This document shows, piece by piece, positions 35,776 to 47,922 of a stretch of 64,000 nt of DNA (within the stretch, counting starts at the first letter, position 1; every line of letters begins with the position of its first letter). The notes beneath the pieces were generated by a model. That model was not told the DNA's origin. It did not search any database and saw nothing but the letters and a program-made list of their open reading frames with translations. Source of the DNA: Marsupella aquatica (taxonomy: Eukaryota; Plantae; Marchantiophyta); NCBI GenBank assembly GCA_973895155.1, contig OZ316892.1, positions 29,766,932-29,830,931 of the forward strand, read 5' to 3'. The translations under genes were made by a program, and so were the position numbers.

Positions 35776-38496
35776 ACCAATTGAAGATTGCGATCGAGAG
35801 TCTGTAGATCAAGCACAGCGGAGCACTTAGATGGTTCAGCTTAATTAAACCGAAGTCCGTAATTTGGCCAAATTCTGAAAAGGTAAGAGCTCGATCTCTC
35901 TCTCGATCTGCCCTCTGATCGAGCTCTCGTACTAGGTAACCTCTATAGTTATCTTTCTGTCAGAGAGACCGTAGCTCTAGCGCAACCCTGTCCAAGAAAC
36001 CAGATATGTGAGAGACTTCAATCCTTCCTCCCCAATACGATGTAGGGAACAGAGTGGTCACATCGACGTTTTCAGACTTGGCAGCTGCACTTGTTCCTTT
36101 CCTTAATTTCCTTCAGACAGTTGTCAATTCCTCTCTGATTGCTCTCTCCTAGCTGCTCTTGATGTTCCGTTTGATTCCGAGCCTTTCCTTTGATCCTGTC
36201 CTCCACGATGTGGACAGGTTTTTAGTGGCGGGTGGGTTCTGCTGCTGAGCGTTTTAAATTTCAGTGGTGGCCGGGTCCTACTTCGACTCAGCAGCTAATT
36301 ATCCACTCCATCGATCTCCATGCTCGCACTGGCCACTGATCGAGTACATACTGAATCCCGTCCTCCGAGCAAGTGGCATGCAAATTTGAAGATTGAAGGT
36401 GTAAATTAAGTGAAACCCTCATCATCCAGTCATGCTTGTCCAGTGAACTGTTCCGATTGCCGTATGAGTAGACATCATACTTAATTGTGCCCTCTAGCCA
36501 CGCATCCCAATCCCACGACTCTGTCGGGGCAATTTAGCATGGAAGTGACTGAAAATCAATGTAATTTTGGCGTAGAATTCCTCATGATTTGCGATTTGTG
36601 TTGGGCTACAGCTGCTGTCGTTGAATGTGTACGCTGGTTTAAAGCAAGCACCAGCTAAGCCGTGATTTGAGCTCTACACGAGAACTTCTTCGATGACTGT
36701 GCGACTATCAAAATCTCCATAGCAGCGGGTCGACAGTGTCACCGATGATCCGAATTGAGCTTCCCAGCCTCATCTTCTGATCCATTATCTAGCTTGCTTG
36801 CTCATGTTTGCTAGGCTGTGGATCGTCCTCTCAGATTGAACCCAAATGGATCTTGAATGTCAGTGAATCAGCTGGTGTGTGCAAACCCGACTAGACCAAG
36901 GAGTGAGGAATCGATGAAGGTTTGAGAAGATCTTATTCAGGTGCGAGGTCGCTCTTGTTCATTCCAACCTTGGACAACTTTTATCTTAGTTACTCTGATT
37001 TTTCATTAGAGCTTGTAGGCCCTATGCCTCTAGACAGCCTAACTAGGGGATTTTTTTGTTTAAATATCTGTGTTGATTTCTATGTATCAGTACACAAACT
37101 ATTTTTCATAAAAATATTATATTTTAGTATATCAAGTGGAGTCTCTTTTAGAGATTAAAAAAATATTTTAATTAAAATAAATTTATAATTTAAAAAATAT
37201 ATATATTTTAATATCAAAATATTTATTTCATTTATCAAAAATATAAAGTTTTTATTTTACTTTTTAAAATAAAAAAATAATAATTATTTCATTTTTTACA
37301 TATTAGAATATTTTATTTTTTAATATATCTACCTAATTAAAATAGTGGGGATATAACTGTTATTTCATATGGTACTCAAAAGTTTTTGGATAGTATTTTG
37401 GTCACTTCTAAGTACAAACAGATGCAAACAAAAAAAAAGAATATTATTTATTTTAATTATTTATTTGAGAGACTAAAATCAATAATTCTTTAAAGAGTCT
37501 ATGTTTATTTTGTAAATAAAATTACTCTTATGGATAAATTGGAGTTAAAAAAAACTGATTACGGACCCCATTAGAGGTCCCTTCTAAAATTCCTAGCACC
37601 ACAGCATGCCATGTCAACAACAACCGTAACAAACAAGACTTGTCGATTTTGTCAATCAAACTTATAGTTTTCATTTGTGTTTGTGTCAACTTGGGTGTAA
37701 ATTTTGGGACACTGTGCCGTAAAAAGAAAAATAAAAACATTGGGAATGCAAAGAGCAAGACGGTGAAAACTGTCATTATGTAACCATTTTAGTTACATTT
37801 TTAATTTTAAAATTTAAATTCAAAAATTTATAAAAAATATTTTTTGTATAATAAATAATGACTAATAACTAACTTGATAACTTCTTTGTTAAATCGTAAC
37901 TCCCGGTATGTAAGGACCTCTCATATTGTATGGCCATTAATGCTAGGAAGAGCACATAGAAACCCAAGATCGGGGAAGAGGAATGGCTAGAATCTTGAAT
38001 GTTCATTGAATTTTCTACTCAAAACTATTTACTCATTCTCAAAACAAAAATACCCAGTCATAGATCTCATTGAGATCTTTCTTTTGCACCCTAGATCGCC
38101 TTCTAACATGGATGAAATAAGATTTTTAGAGGCATTACAAAATGGACGGCAAAGATCGTAAAATCAACAAAATCGATGGCTAGGAAGGCTTGGATTTGTT
38201 TAATTTTTCATTTGAAAAATATTAACCCATTTGCAAAACTGACAGAACCCATCCGTAGATCTATTTGAGATCTTTCTTTTGAACCATAGATTGGCCATTA
38301 TGATAGACGGACTAGATTTCCGGAGATAAGAAATGGAGACGGCTCAGATTGACTCTTCCCCCTGATTTTATTAGCCAAGGGGTCCACGAACTAATTTAAT
38401 CGTTTATTGGAGCCAGGATGGTGGCAGAGACAAAAATAGTGCAATGCTGCCACTACTGCTGGTAGTTGCAGTGGAATGTTTGTGACTTTCAAGCAT

Positions 38497-41288
38497 GGTG
38501 AAGTTGTGGAAAAAAGGGAAGAGAATTCTTGCCTTGCATAAATTTCAAGGTAAATCAGTTCTCATTTCCAATCTTTTGACATGTTCTAGTGTTTTTGTAG
38601 TGTATTTTCTTCTTTTTTTATAAGTTGTATTGAAATCATGAAAACTACTTTAATAGGGATGTATGAATTTTATGTATTTCGCATTTCCTACTACTCATCA
38701 ATGAGCTGATAAGAGGACTTTACTGGATATAAGATTTGCTTAACCAAGTGAAGTGAAAAAATCTGCTTAACGCGAGATTGCTACTCTTTGTGATGATCAA
38801 TACCTTTGGCAGGTCATAATGTGCAGTCTCTGCTTTATCAGTACAATGACCTTAAACTAGCTACGAGGGATTTTCACAATGAGAATTTAATGGGGCAGGA
38901 TTGGTTCTGGATGACCTATAAGGTGCTCAGATTTTACTGTACTCACTCTTTATTTAACTCTTTATTTAAGACATGCATGTATTACCACCAAATGAATATT
39001 AAGAGATCTGTTTGTGTTGAATGTTAATATTCTCCTCGAAGGTGAAGCAAGTCATTTAGCTTTGTAGGTACAGAGTATTTATTAGTGCAGCCAAGATAAA
39101 TAAAATTGTCGTTGCAAACTTATTAAATCAGTAGGAAAGGTAAGTATGTGAATTCCAACAAGCCTAAGTTGGACCATGAATCTCCACTGTCAGTAATCAT
39201 TGATTGTGTATTATAACAAGAGGCTAGACAGTCTACTGTAAGTGACAATCATGTCCCAAGTTTGTGTTTGATTATATAGAATTAATATGGCATATCAATT
39301 CTCAATCTATAGCCAAATTTATTGAGATGTTTCAATTCTACTGGGACTAACAAATAATTGTGAGTAAATGAGGAAATCTGAATTTTCCTTGCCATGTGAC
39401 TGTCTTACTTGTGATTAGGGAGAGTTTCAAGATGGGACAATGCTAGCAGTGAGGAAGCTACACCACTCTCCAACCTTACATATCTTGAATGATTTCTTGA
39501 ATGAGGTGGTGCTAAACCCGGGCATCAAGCACAGAAACTTGGTTCAACTGAAAGGATATTGTATTAAAGAGAAGGGACACATACTTGTTTATGAATATGT
39601 GGAAAATGGAAACCTGAGAGAAGCACTATGGGACGGGCCATGGAGTAAATTTCATAACTCTTTTCCACTCAATTATAATAGTTACATTCTTACTGGGTTT
39701 CCGCTCCTTACATCAGTTTTCTAGTTTTGCCCCAAGCTAGTAGTGGCTGGCGTACTATGAGAAAAATTTCATAATAAACTCATTTCCAATCAATTTCTCT
39801 TCTATTGTTTGCCCAGCTACTCCTTGCAGGAGCCATAGTGTAGGCATAATATCAATCATGCAGATGGGTTCAGTGTCATCCTATGTTAGTATAAGTTGAA
39901 ATGAATGACTACATCTTGTCTGAGGTGAATTATGGAAGTCATGATTACGTTTGGTCCTAGCTTGCAGAATGGGCTACTGAGGCTCAACATATAGTTCTCT
40001 AATTCCAGGCTCTAATTTTAACATCTTTCACCCTCGTTTTGACCATGTGTGCAGTGTCTAGGCACCATGGAGGATTGAACTGGGGGGATCGTTTCAACAT
40101 TTGTGTGGGGGTTGCTAGAGGTCTTTCTTATCTTCATGAAGAGTTACAACCATCTATCATTCATGGAGATATAAAGCCAAGTAACATTCTTTTGGATACG
40201 AATCTTAACCCAAAAATTGCTGACTTTGGGCTCGCAAGGAGTTTCTCAGATGAATCAAGTGAAGACTCGTACGCACGAATTGCAGGGACTCTGTAAGTTG
40301 CCTTGTTTGGGTCTGCTTAGTTCTAGACTATGCTTAAGATGTAGATAAATACTTTTTGGATGCATGCTACATACTAACAATTAATAATTGAATTTCTTAG
40401 AACGCTAAAAGAGATTACATTATATCAGGGACCCATCTCGAAGCTTTTGTTGATTGTGTTCACTGTTTCGGTGTGATTGGATGTAGTGGATACTTAGATC
40501 CAGAATATTATTCTACTGGCCAGTTTTCAACGAAAGTCGACGTGTATAGTTATGGCGTTGTTGTTTTAGAGGTTATTTCTGGAAGGAAGTGCATCAACTT
40601 TGACCAGACACTATCTGATGAGGACAGAATACTTGTGCGCTGGGTATGATCTCACTTTTGCAATTTTACAAGTTATAGATTGTTAGTTCAAGTGATGACA
40701 TCTAGCAAGTAAAAATCATGGTAGCAGTAGTCCCGAATAGTCGCCCGCGTAATAGAACTTGCAGTAATTCATGGATCGGTTGTGATTAAGAAGTCAGGTG
40801 CATACGTTTTGTTTTTTTGGCGTTTCCTGTCAATGTGGTGACCCGACTATCCAGATCATACTTGTGTTAATCAGCGAGAGGTGATCTATGAGCTATGAAG
40901 ACCTGAAATGTAGTTTAATATTTGATAAAAGGCTCTCGAAAGGGCTTTAACATTATTGATTTGTTTTGGGCAGAAAGTCGTAAGTTGGCTAAGTATGATT
41001 GTTTCTAACTTAGTTTACTTCTTCTCTGTGTAGGTTCAAAAGAAGCATAAACAGGGGTTATTGCTAGAGATCTTGCAACCCGAGTTGAGAGAGAACTATG
41101 TACTAGATGAAGTCATGAGAGCCATCAATGTTGGTTTATTATGTGTACAAGAAGATCCAACAAGGCGCCCATCAATGTCTCAAGTAGTAAACATGCTCTT
41201 GGGAAATATGGATGCAGTGTACGAACATGAAAATAACCAATGTGATTTGGAAGTACCAGCGACTGACAGTAAGATTCAATTCTCATGA
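38497..41288 (+). CDS. RLK/Pelle-family protein kinase (DUF26/LRR-VIII-like kinase domain); multi-exon, degenerate G-loop, start uncertain
   Basis: Approximate exons 38814-38922 ([29 protein letters not shown]), 39419-39640 ([20 protein letters not shown]), 40074-40292 ([18 protein letters not shown]), 40487-40643 ([18 protein letters not shown]) and 41034-41288 ([15 protein letters not shown]), with GT-AG junctions. Confidence 0.85.
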
Positions 41289-41867
41289 TGGAAGTATAGT
41301 TCTTTTTTTGGTCTACAAATGTGAATGCTCACTGACGCAGGTCATTCCCCATCGCACCTGTGTAGTTCTGATGTCTAAGTTCTCATTGAGTCAGAAACAA
41401 AACTCAAAAGCTGACAGAGGCTCAGGTGAAAAGCTAGAGTGTTTTTCTGTGTCTAATTTTGGAATACATATCATATCTTAGAAAAGAAATTATACACATC
41501 ATCAGGTCTGGGGAGAGTTGTGGGTGCCTGGTGATGCTGTGAATAGTGGAGAATACTGTATGTTGGCTTGAATGGACATGCCACACAAATTTATGTTGGT
41601 CCTGTTAGATGCGCAACGGGATGCGCAAAACTCTGTATTGTCAGATTATCTTTGATTTTAGCTTCTGTGGCCTGGGATTGGAAAGACGCGATTTATTGGA
41701 ATCTTTAAGTTGTTTTAAATCAACTACTAGCTTATAATTCAGGACGACGTCGATTGAAAGTTATTAGTAAGTACAGCTCAGACAGGTTGACTGAAGGATG
41801 GCTAGAAATCTGGAATCAACGATACTACTCACTCCCAGCCTTTTCCTGGTTGAAATATTGAAATCTT

Positions 41868-42413
41868 GTGCTTCTGCACATGCTTGCAGATGACTTGGAC
41901 GATTTATATAGTGATCCAATCACTGAGGAGACTATGTGCGACCCTGTGAGCTGCTCTGATGGCCGAACTTATTGTAGATGGACTCTGATTGACAATGGAA
42001 TGACCAGGTCACCATATGACAGGACCAAACTGACTATTCATTGTGATGACATCACTACAAGGTCAAGATTATTTAGAGTCTTTCCAGAACAAGCATCAAA
42101 GTTTCGGGAGCGTCGAAACAAACATCGAGCGGAGGCTCTGCAGCACGCACGGACTGATCCAGTCGAGTTGGAGTGCGCTATAGAGAAACTGAACGACATT
42201 CTCCTGTGGGACCGTGGAGATGCTGAATGTCGGAAGGAGCTTGCTCGAACTCTAAGCCTTGTTTGTCAAACAATTCCTCAACCATCGCTTTTGGATACAA
42301 TTCCTGAGGTGATGCACGAAGATATGATAAGAGCTAGACTTGACAACGAAGGGGATCTATTCCTCAAATTCTTGGTGCTATTTTATGTTGCAATCTGGTT
42401 GTTCATAATCTAG
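41868..42413 (+). CDS. U-box-like protein with a helical region and C-terminal hydrophobic anchor (5' exon uncertain)
   Basis: DLYSDPITEETMCDPVSCSDGRTYCRWTL...RSPYDRTKL matches the U-box pattern. Ends LFLKFLVLFYVAIWLFII. Acceptor TTGCAG at ~41889. Confidence 0.8.
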   Translation: MLLHMLADDLDDLYSDPITEETMCDPVSCSDGRTYCRWTLIDNGMTRSPYDRTKLTIHCDDITTRSRLFRVFPEQASKFRERRNKHRAEALQHARTDPVELECAIEKLNDILLWDRGDAECRKELARTLSLVCQTIPQPSLLDTIPEVMHEDMIRARLDNEGDLFLKFLVLFYVAIWLFII

Positions 42414-44564
42414 AAGTCTCCAGGCATCTAGAGTAAATGTAACTCTATGAGCAAATCCTGGTAAAACGTGGATTGAAAAGACTCGGGCCAATAGTGAGAA
42501 ATTCCATTTGAATGAGGCTCGGGATGAGGCTAAGAGTCTGTAGAAGTCCGCTTCCATGGAATAAGAAGGCCGTGCTTCAAGGCGAAGCGTCAAAATGGTG
42601 GGTATATCAAATTGAACTTCCCGACTATAAGATTGCAGTCAACACTAGCTTCCATGAATATCCGGAATGATTACCATGTATAGTCGTCAAATGTCTGGTT
42701 GTGTAACCTAAATTGCCGTCTCAACATTACCGTTTTGATATCTCGTTGAAGTTCCATTATTGATTTTAGTTTTTGTAATGCTGATCGAGTATATATTGAT
42801 GGCTCTGTCATTTCTTTTATATGTATGAAGGAAGGCGGAAGCACCACCAGCAGGTTCGTTTTGGCATGTCATTCAATTCCGTCCAGCAGTCCAACGATCA
42901 AACCCCAAGACGTGTAAGACCCAGAAATAACTCATTGTACGTGGATAAATTGGGTCTGTCACCAGCTATGGCCGGTTCCAGACCCAGTTATATTCAGACC
43001 GAGGAGTCGAATACGGCACAGACATATTAATTGGAGGTGACTTCCCGGCATGTGGGTTTTCAAACTTACGCCTTCATTTTGATCTCTACAACACGGCAGA
43101 ATGTTTTCCGTAAGTTCCAGAGTGTTCGTGTCTGAGCTGAACTGTGCACTTCCAAAATATGTATATAACGTTCATTGTCAAAAGAGTTCCTTTTGCCGGA
43201 TAGCTTTGAACTACCAGCGTTCAACAAGCTCCAGAATCTTCAAAGGTCACTCCGTAGAAGGCCAGGAAGAGGCTATCCTGCATCCACAAGCTCCATATAT
43301 GTAATGAATATTGGGAACCCGCACCGGATCTCTAAAATAATTAAGATACCCATTTTCTCGAAGTGCTCTCCACTACAATTTCTGCTCTGTGCAACCCTTC
43401 TTGGCCAGGTTCAGTTCGATTCACACCTTAGCAGTTGAACCTCTATAATTTCTCGTCTGTGCAAGCTTAATTACCTTCTTGCTGAAGTTCAGTGAAATTC
43501 ACACCTTGGCTGTTGAACCTCTACAATTTCTTGTCTGTGCAAGCTTAGCTTCTTGGTCAGGTTCAGTCCGAAGACTTGAGATTTGCCTGAAACGCATAGC
43601 CTGATCGAGTTGTACCCAGATTTTTGGAGTATTGTTCTGGAGGTTTGGATTGCTCAATTTGGTGCCCGAAAGACATAGGTACGTACGTCGTTTCAGTAGA
43701 GATCGAACTATCTTTCTCGACAGAGGTTCGATCAACGTCAAACTACTTAAGGTTTCACCCGTTCGTAGTTTCTAATCTTGTGCCAATAAATATTTGACAA
43801 GAGCGGGCTTTGCCTTCGGTAGTATCGTGTTGGACATTCATAAATTCAACCCGAGGTTTTGTCGTAGGAGTACTCGGTCTTCAATCCATCAGTGGACTCA
43901 TTTCCTGAAGGAACACATACAGCAAGTCTAGCTGACTGATCATTCTGTCGATAGTTTTGCGAAGAAAATTAATTAAGTGCTTGGAATAACCAATTTGGAG
44001 ACAGTTTTGCAACAAATTCTTCACCTGCGGTACAGTACCATGGTCGAATCTCCCTCGACATGTGAAAAAGTCACTACAAAAGAAGAGAAGTTCGTGCTCA
44101 GGTTCCTAGACTCAGATTGGGGATACATACAATCCGGACCTGTCTGTATGAGCTACGGCGGGATAGACAATGATAGGTAATTGGGCTAGATTGCCACATT
44201 CAGCCTGCGTTCCAAACCTTCCAGCTCAGCAACATGGAGTGTATGCATACATATATTGTCAGGTTTCAAAATTGCACATACCTGGACTAGCTTATCTAAT
44301 CTCAAAAACTCTCCGAGTATATATATGCTTCATGTCATACATACTCGGGTCCGTGAGGTTCAATCTATATATTTATATCCTTTGGCTTGACATGAAAATT
44401 TGGAATCCTGATACATACGTACATACAGGTTCCAATGAAAAACAAACCTCCGAGAGTTTGAACTTACGTACTACACGGTTCTCTTAGTTGTCCACGTACT
44501 ATGGAACTCCGGGACAAAGTCAGAGCAATATAGACAACGAAGCCTCGGGTTTCTCAGACTTAGT

Positions 44565-46017
44565 TTACTCGCTATCTGTTTCCGAAGCGATGAGTACCCG
44601 CTTGTCCTTCCTCCCGGATCGGCGCTTTTTGTTCGGTGCTTGTTGTTCTTTGGCAGCGTGATGTATATCATGTGACACGGGTCCTACAAAAGCCTCAATT
44701 GCTGGCGCAAGGTGTGAAAACACCTCTTTCAAAGTTGCAATCCTGGATTCTTTAACATTCCAGGCAGTCGGAACAGGGTATCTGCCACTGGAGTTATACT
44801 CGTCCATCTCCATTAGAGCTGTGGTGACGGAATTGTACACTCGAATACCATGGTTTTTCTTCAAAGACGATAATTGCTCATTTTGTTGGTCGATTTCTTT
44901 CTACCGTCCACAGCAGGAAAGCGTTAGCAAACGAGCCCAAGACCATCCAAAACACCAGATAGATGCATTTGATTCCCAATAAGGATTCCAAACCAGCGAT
45001 AGTCATCCTATGCAGTTGCGCAGTTGAGAGGCCGGTTTTGACGTATCTGAACTTAGAGGTGAACAGTAAAAGAGATAGTGCAAAGAATTACCTTCCACTT
45101 GCCGTCTCCAATCTCAACATTTTTGAAAGGCCAGAAAAAAGGATCTCGTACAATGTTTTCCCACGTTGACAGCTCCTCCATCATCTTGAAATCCCAGTTG
45201 TCAGCAGACTTAAATCTTCTCTTAAATTCTGCTGCCCAGGGAGCCTCATCTATGGAGCCCACGAGCTTGAATCCAATGACGGGTGGTTCCAGTTTTCCAA
45301 GGCGTTTCCTTTTGCGAGCTTCCCCGATTAGCCGCCTAGCCTCCACTGTATCTACAGCTTGCACCATCTGATAAAAACCATTTCAATTCCAGAGTGAGAT
45401 CCTCAGTAGAGGAAACCAAAGTCAGAAGATCGATTGATATCAAATCATATATACCTTAGCAGCAATTTTTCGAGCTTCGGAGAGCTCGTTGTTGGACTTT
45501 CTAACCATTACAGTGAAGGTGTTGATCGTATTCTGGGAAACTTCCAAGTCGTCTTCTTCCTGGTCGTCTTCTTCAGGGTCGTCTTCTTCAGGTTCTTCTT
45601 CAGGGTCGTCTTCTTTAGGGTCGTCGCCGATGACAGCATCCATTGGTGGACGCCCTTTCTCCTCCTCCTTCGCGAGTTTCTGAAACAGGCTTTCAGCCTG
45701 AATCCACTTATTTTGGTGCTGCTTTTGCAATTCAAACTTTTGGTCTCTCGCAAGCCGGAGTTGATTAGTTCTGGCCTCTTCAGCTAATCTAAGACTCTCT
45801 TCCTGCAGAGATAAACGCTTTTAAAACTTCAGAAAACTCCGATTAAATGATATTCCTATCTACCGATTCTCTAGATACGTACCAGCGTTCTAACCAAAAA
45901 ACATTCCAAGCTATAATAAATTACAATCATCTCCTAAACTCTCACCTCATGTTTCTGAGCTAGTTCGAGCTGCTCAGTTTGCCACTGCGTCAGCAAACTA
46001 CGGTGCTGGGACGACAT
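44565..46017 (-). CDS. XH-domain protein (IDN2/FDM-type XH domain, without XS), copy 1, ~4 exons
   Basis: IGFKLVGSIDEAPW...STWENIVRDPFFWPFK...VYNSVTTALMEMDEYNSSGRYPVPTAWNVKESRIATLKEV. Coiled-coil/acidic N-terminus. ATG at 46017. Confidence 0.85.
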
Positions 46018-47922
46018 GTTGTTGCTCAAGTGCTGATCCTGTAAAACTGCTAGAAACTGTTAGCGAGCCTCTGCTTATAGTTAGTAATATTTTGCCATAG
46101 CGACGCATACTTCGGTTAGTGGATAGGATCGAGTGACGACTACCTCCAGAACCTCCTACGCTACTGTTTCAAGTGATAAATCTGTGATAATCTCCTGAAG
46201 CCCACCGTTGCCCAAAGCCCGGAGCTCCTGAGCCACCTCCACATGCACCTTGCTCCGCTCCGCCTCCTCTCAGGATGCTGATTTCGATCGTCAATTCTGC
46301 GATTCTGGTGTCATTTCAAAGCTAGAAAAGAGCCTAGTTGATGTAGAAAGGATCGAATTTACCTCTGTGGGATTGGCAGCTCGTCCGGACCTAATTCGGC
46401 CAGGTTAGCCCATGATACTGAAGGGCGGTCGTTGCTAAATATACTAGCTTGTCGGTACATGATCTTGAAGATTCTGCACTTCTGATAGTGTCAAACCGTA
46501 GAAAGTTCGCGACAGAAGCAATTGACACTTATCAGTGACTGCACATCAAGTACAACCAGCGTCCATGCATGATGATATGAAGTGCTCAAATATGAATCAA
46601 TAGCGACATGCGCCTAGAATCGCCCTCAATAGGCTGCCAGTACTCTTATAACTTATTGTAGATAGATAGGGACAGATTCTGTTTGGGCTGGAAACATATA
46701 TGCGAAACATAGCTGTCGTGCCTGTACACTACTGCATGTGCACCAACTAACTGTAGATAGGGACAGATTACGCTTGTGCTGGAAACATATGCGAAACATA
46801 GCTATCGTATGGAGAGGCTTGTGCAGTACAGAACAGCGGATCATTATGCCTTACTAACCGTTGTTAGGGAGTCCTCAGGACATTACGCACCAACGGAAAC
46901 TCGGAAGAATTACTGAAGAAGGGTCACTCAATTCACTTTTTGCGAGGATGAGCTTAGTCTCTAGCTACTCTAGTGACGTGAATGGCATAACTCACTCCAA
47001 ATTTATAAGAAATAACCTGACCGGACGGTCAGCACTCGTCTAACACAGACGGAGTTTATTGGGTTGAGATCCTAATGCTGCCTGCCTTGAGTAATTGGAA
47101 TTAAAGGGTTTTCAGTGTGGAATGAGGGTCACACAGCAGTTGGCTGCATCCTATCTAATATGTCGATCTTTTAGTACGGCAATTTCTTCTCGCAGACCGC
47201 GCCTGGTAATTAAAAGTGCATCTGTATACGACTCACGCCTTCAATTGTATGCCAAGGTGCCTCGTTGTTGCGCTCCTGGCAATCAAATTTAGATGGGAAC
47301 TTTACTATGCAGCCGGATATATTGGAGCAGGATCATCGGATTTCTCGATTTTAGGACATCGGAACTCTCTGCCTTCACAGCAAAAGACAAGCTGGGAAAG
47401 TACGAGACTGTCTACAGTTTTGTAGTTAGCTGCGCAATTGAGAGATGCTACCGCCTACAGTAACCCCCACGGCCCACCGGAATGCAACGAGCATTTACGA
47501 ACTATCCCATGGGTGTATCGAATTAGTCGAATGTGCAGTTCTGCACTTAAAAGCAGTGGACGTTTTCAGTTAAAACTGATCGTCGCCCATATTAGAGCAT
47601 ATTGTTGAGAGTGCTCTAGTGCCTGCATTGAATTCTTAACGATTTCTTTCTGATTAAAGATCATAGTGTGTAAATTTGCATATCGTCCCCCTCCACAATA
47701 AGATATTTTCAATAAAATACCCTCTCTGTCCCCCCTTTGTGCACTATTTTATTGACTATGTAATATTTGCCATTAAACTCCTATGATGATGTCACACTTC
47801 CAATGCATGGATGATATGACATGTACAACATAGTATGACATGGATGGTAGAGGGAGGAGCATGGCGTAGCATGGAAGATATAGGGGAATACTTTGTAAGT
47901 CCTTGTCTTGCTTAGATAAAGG

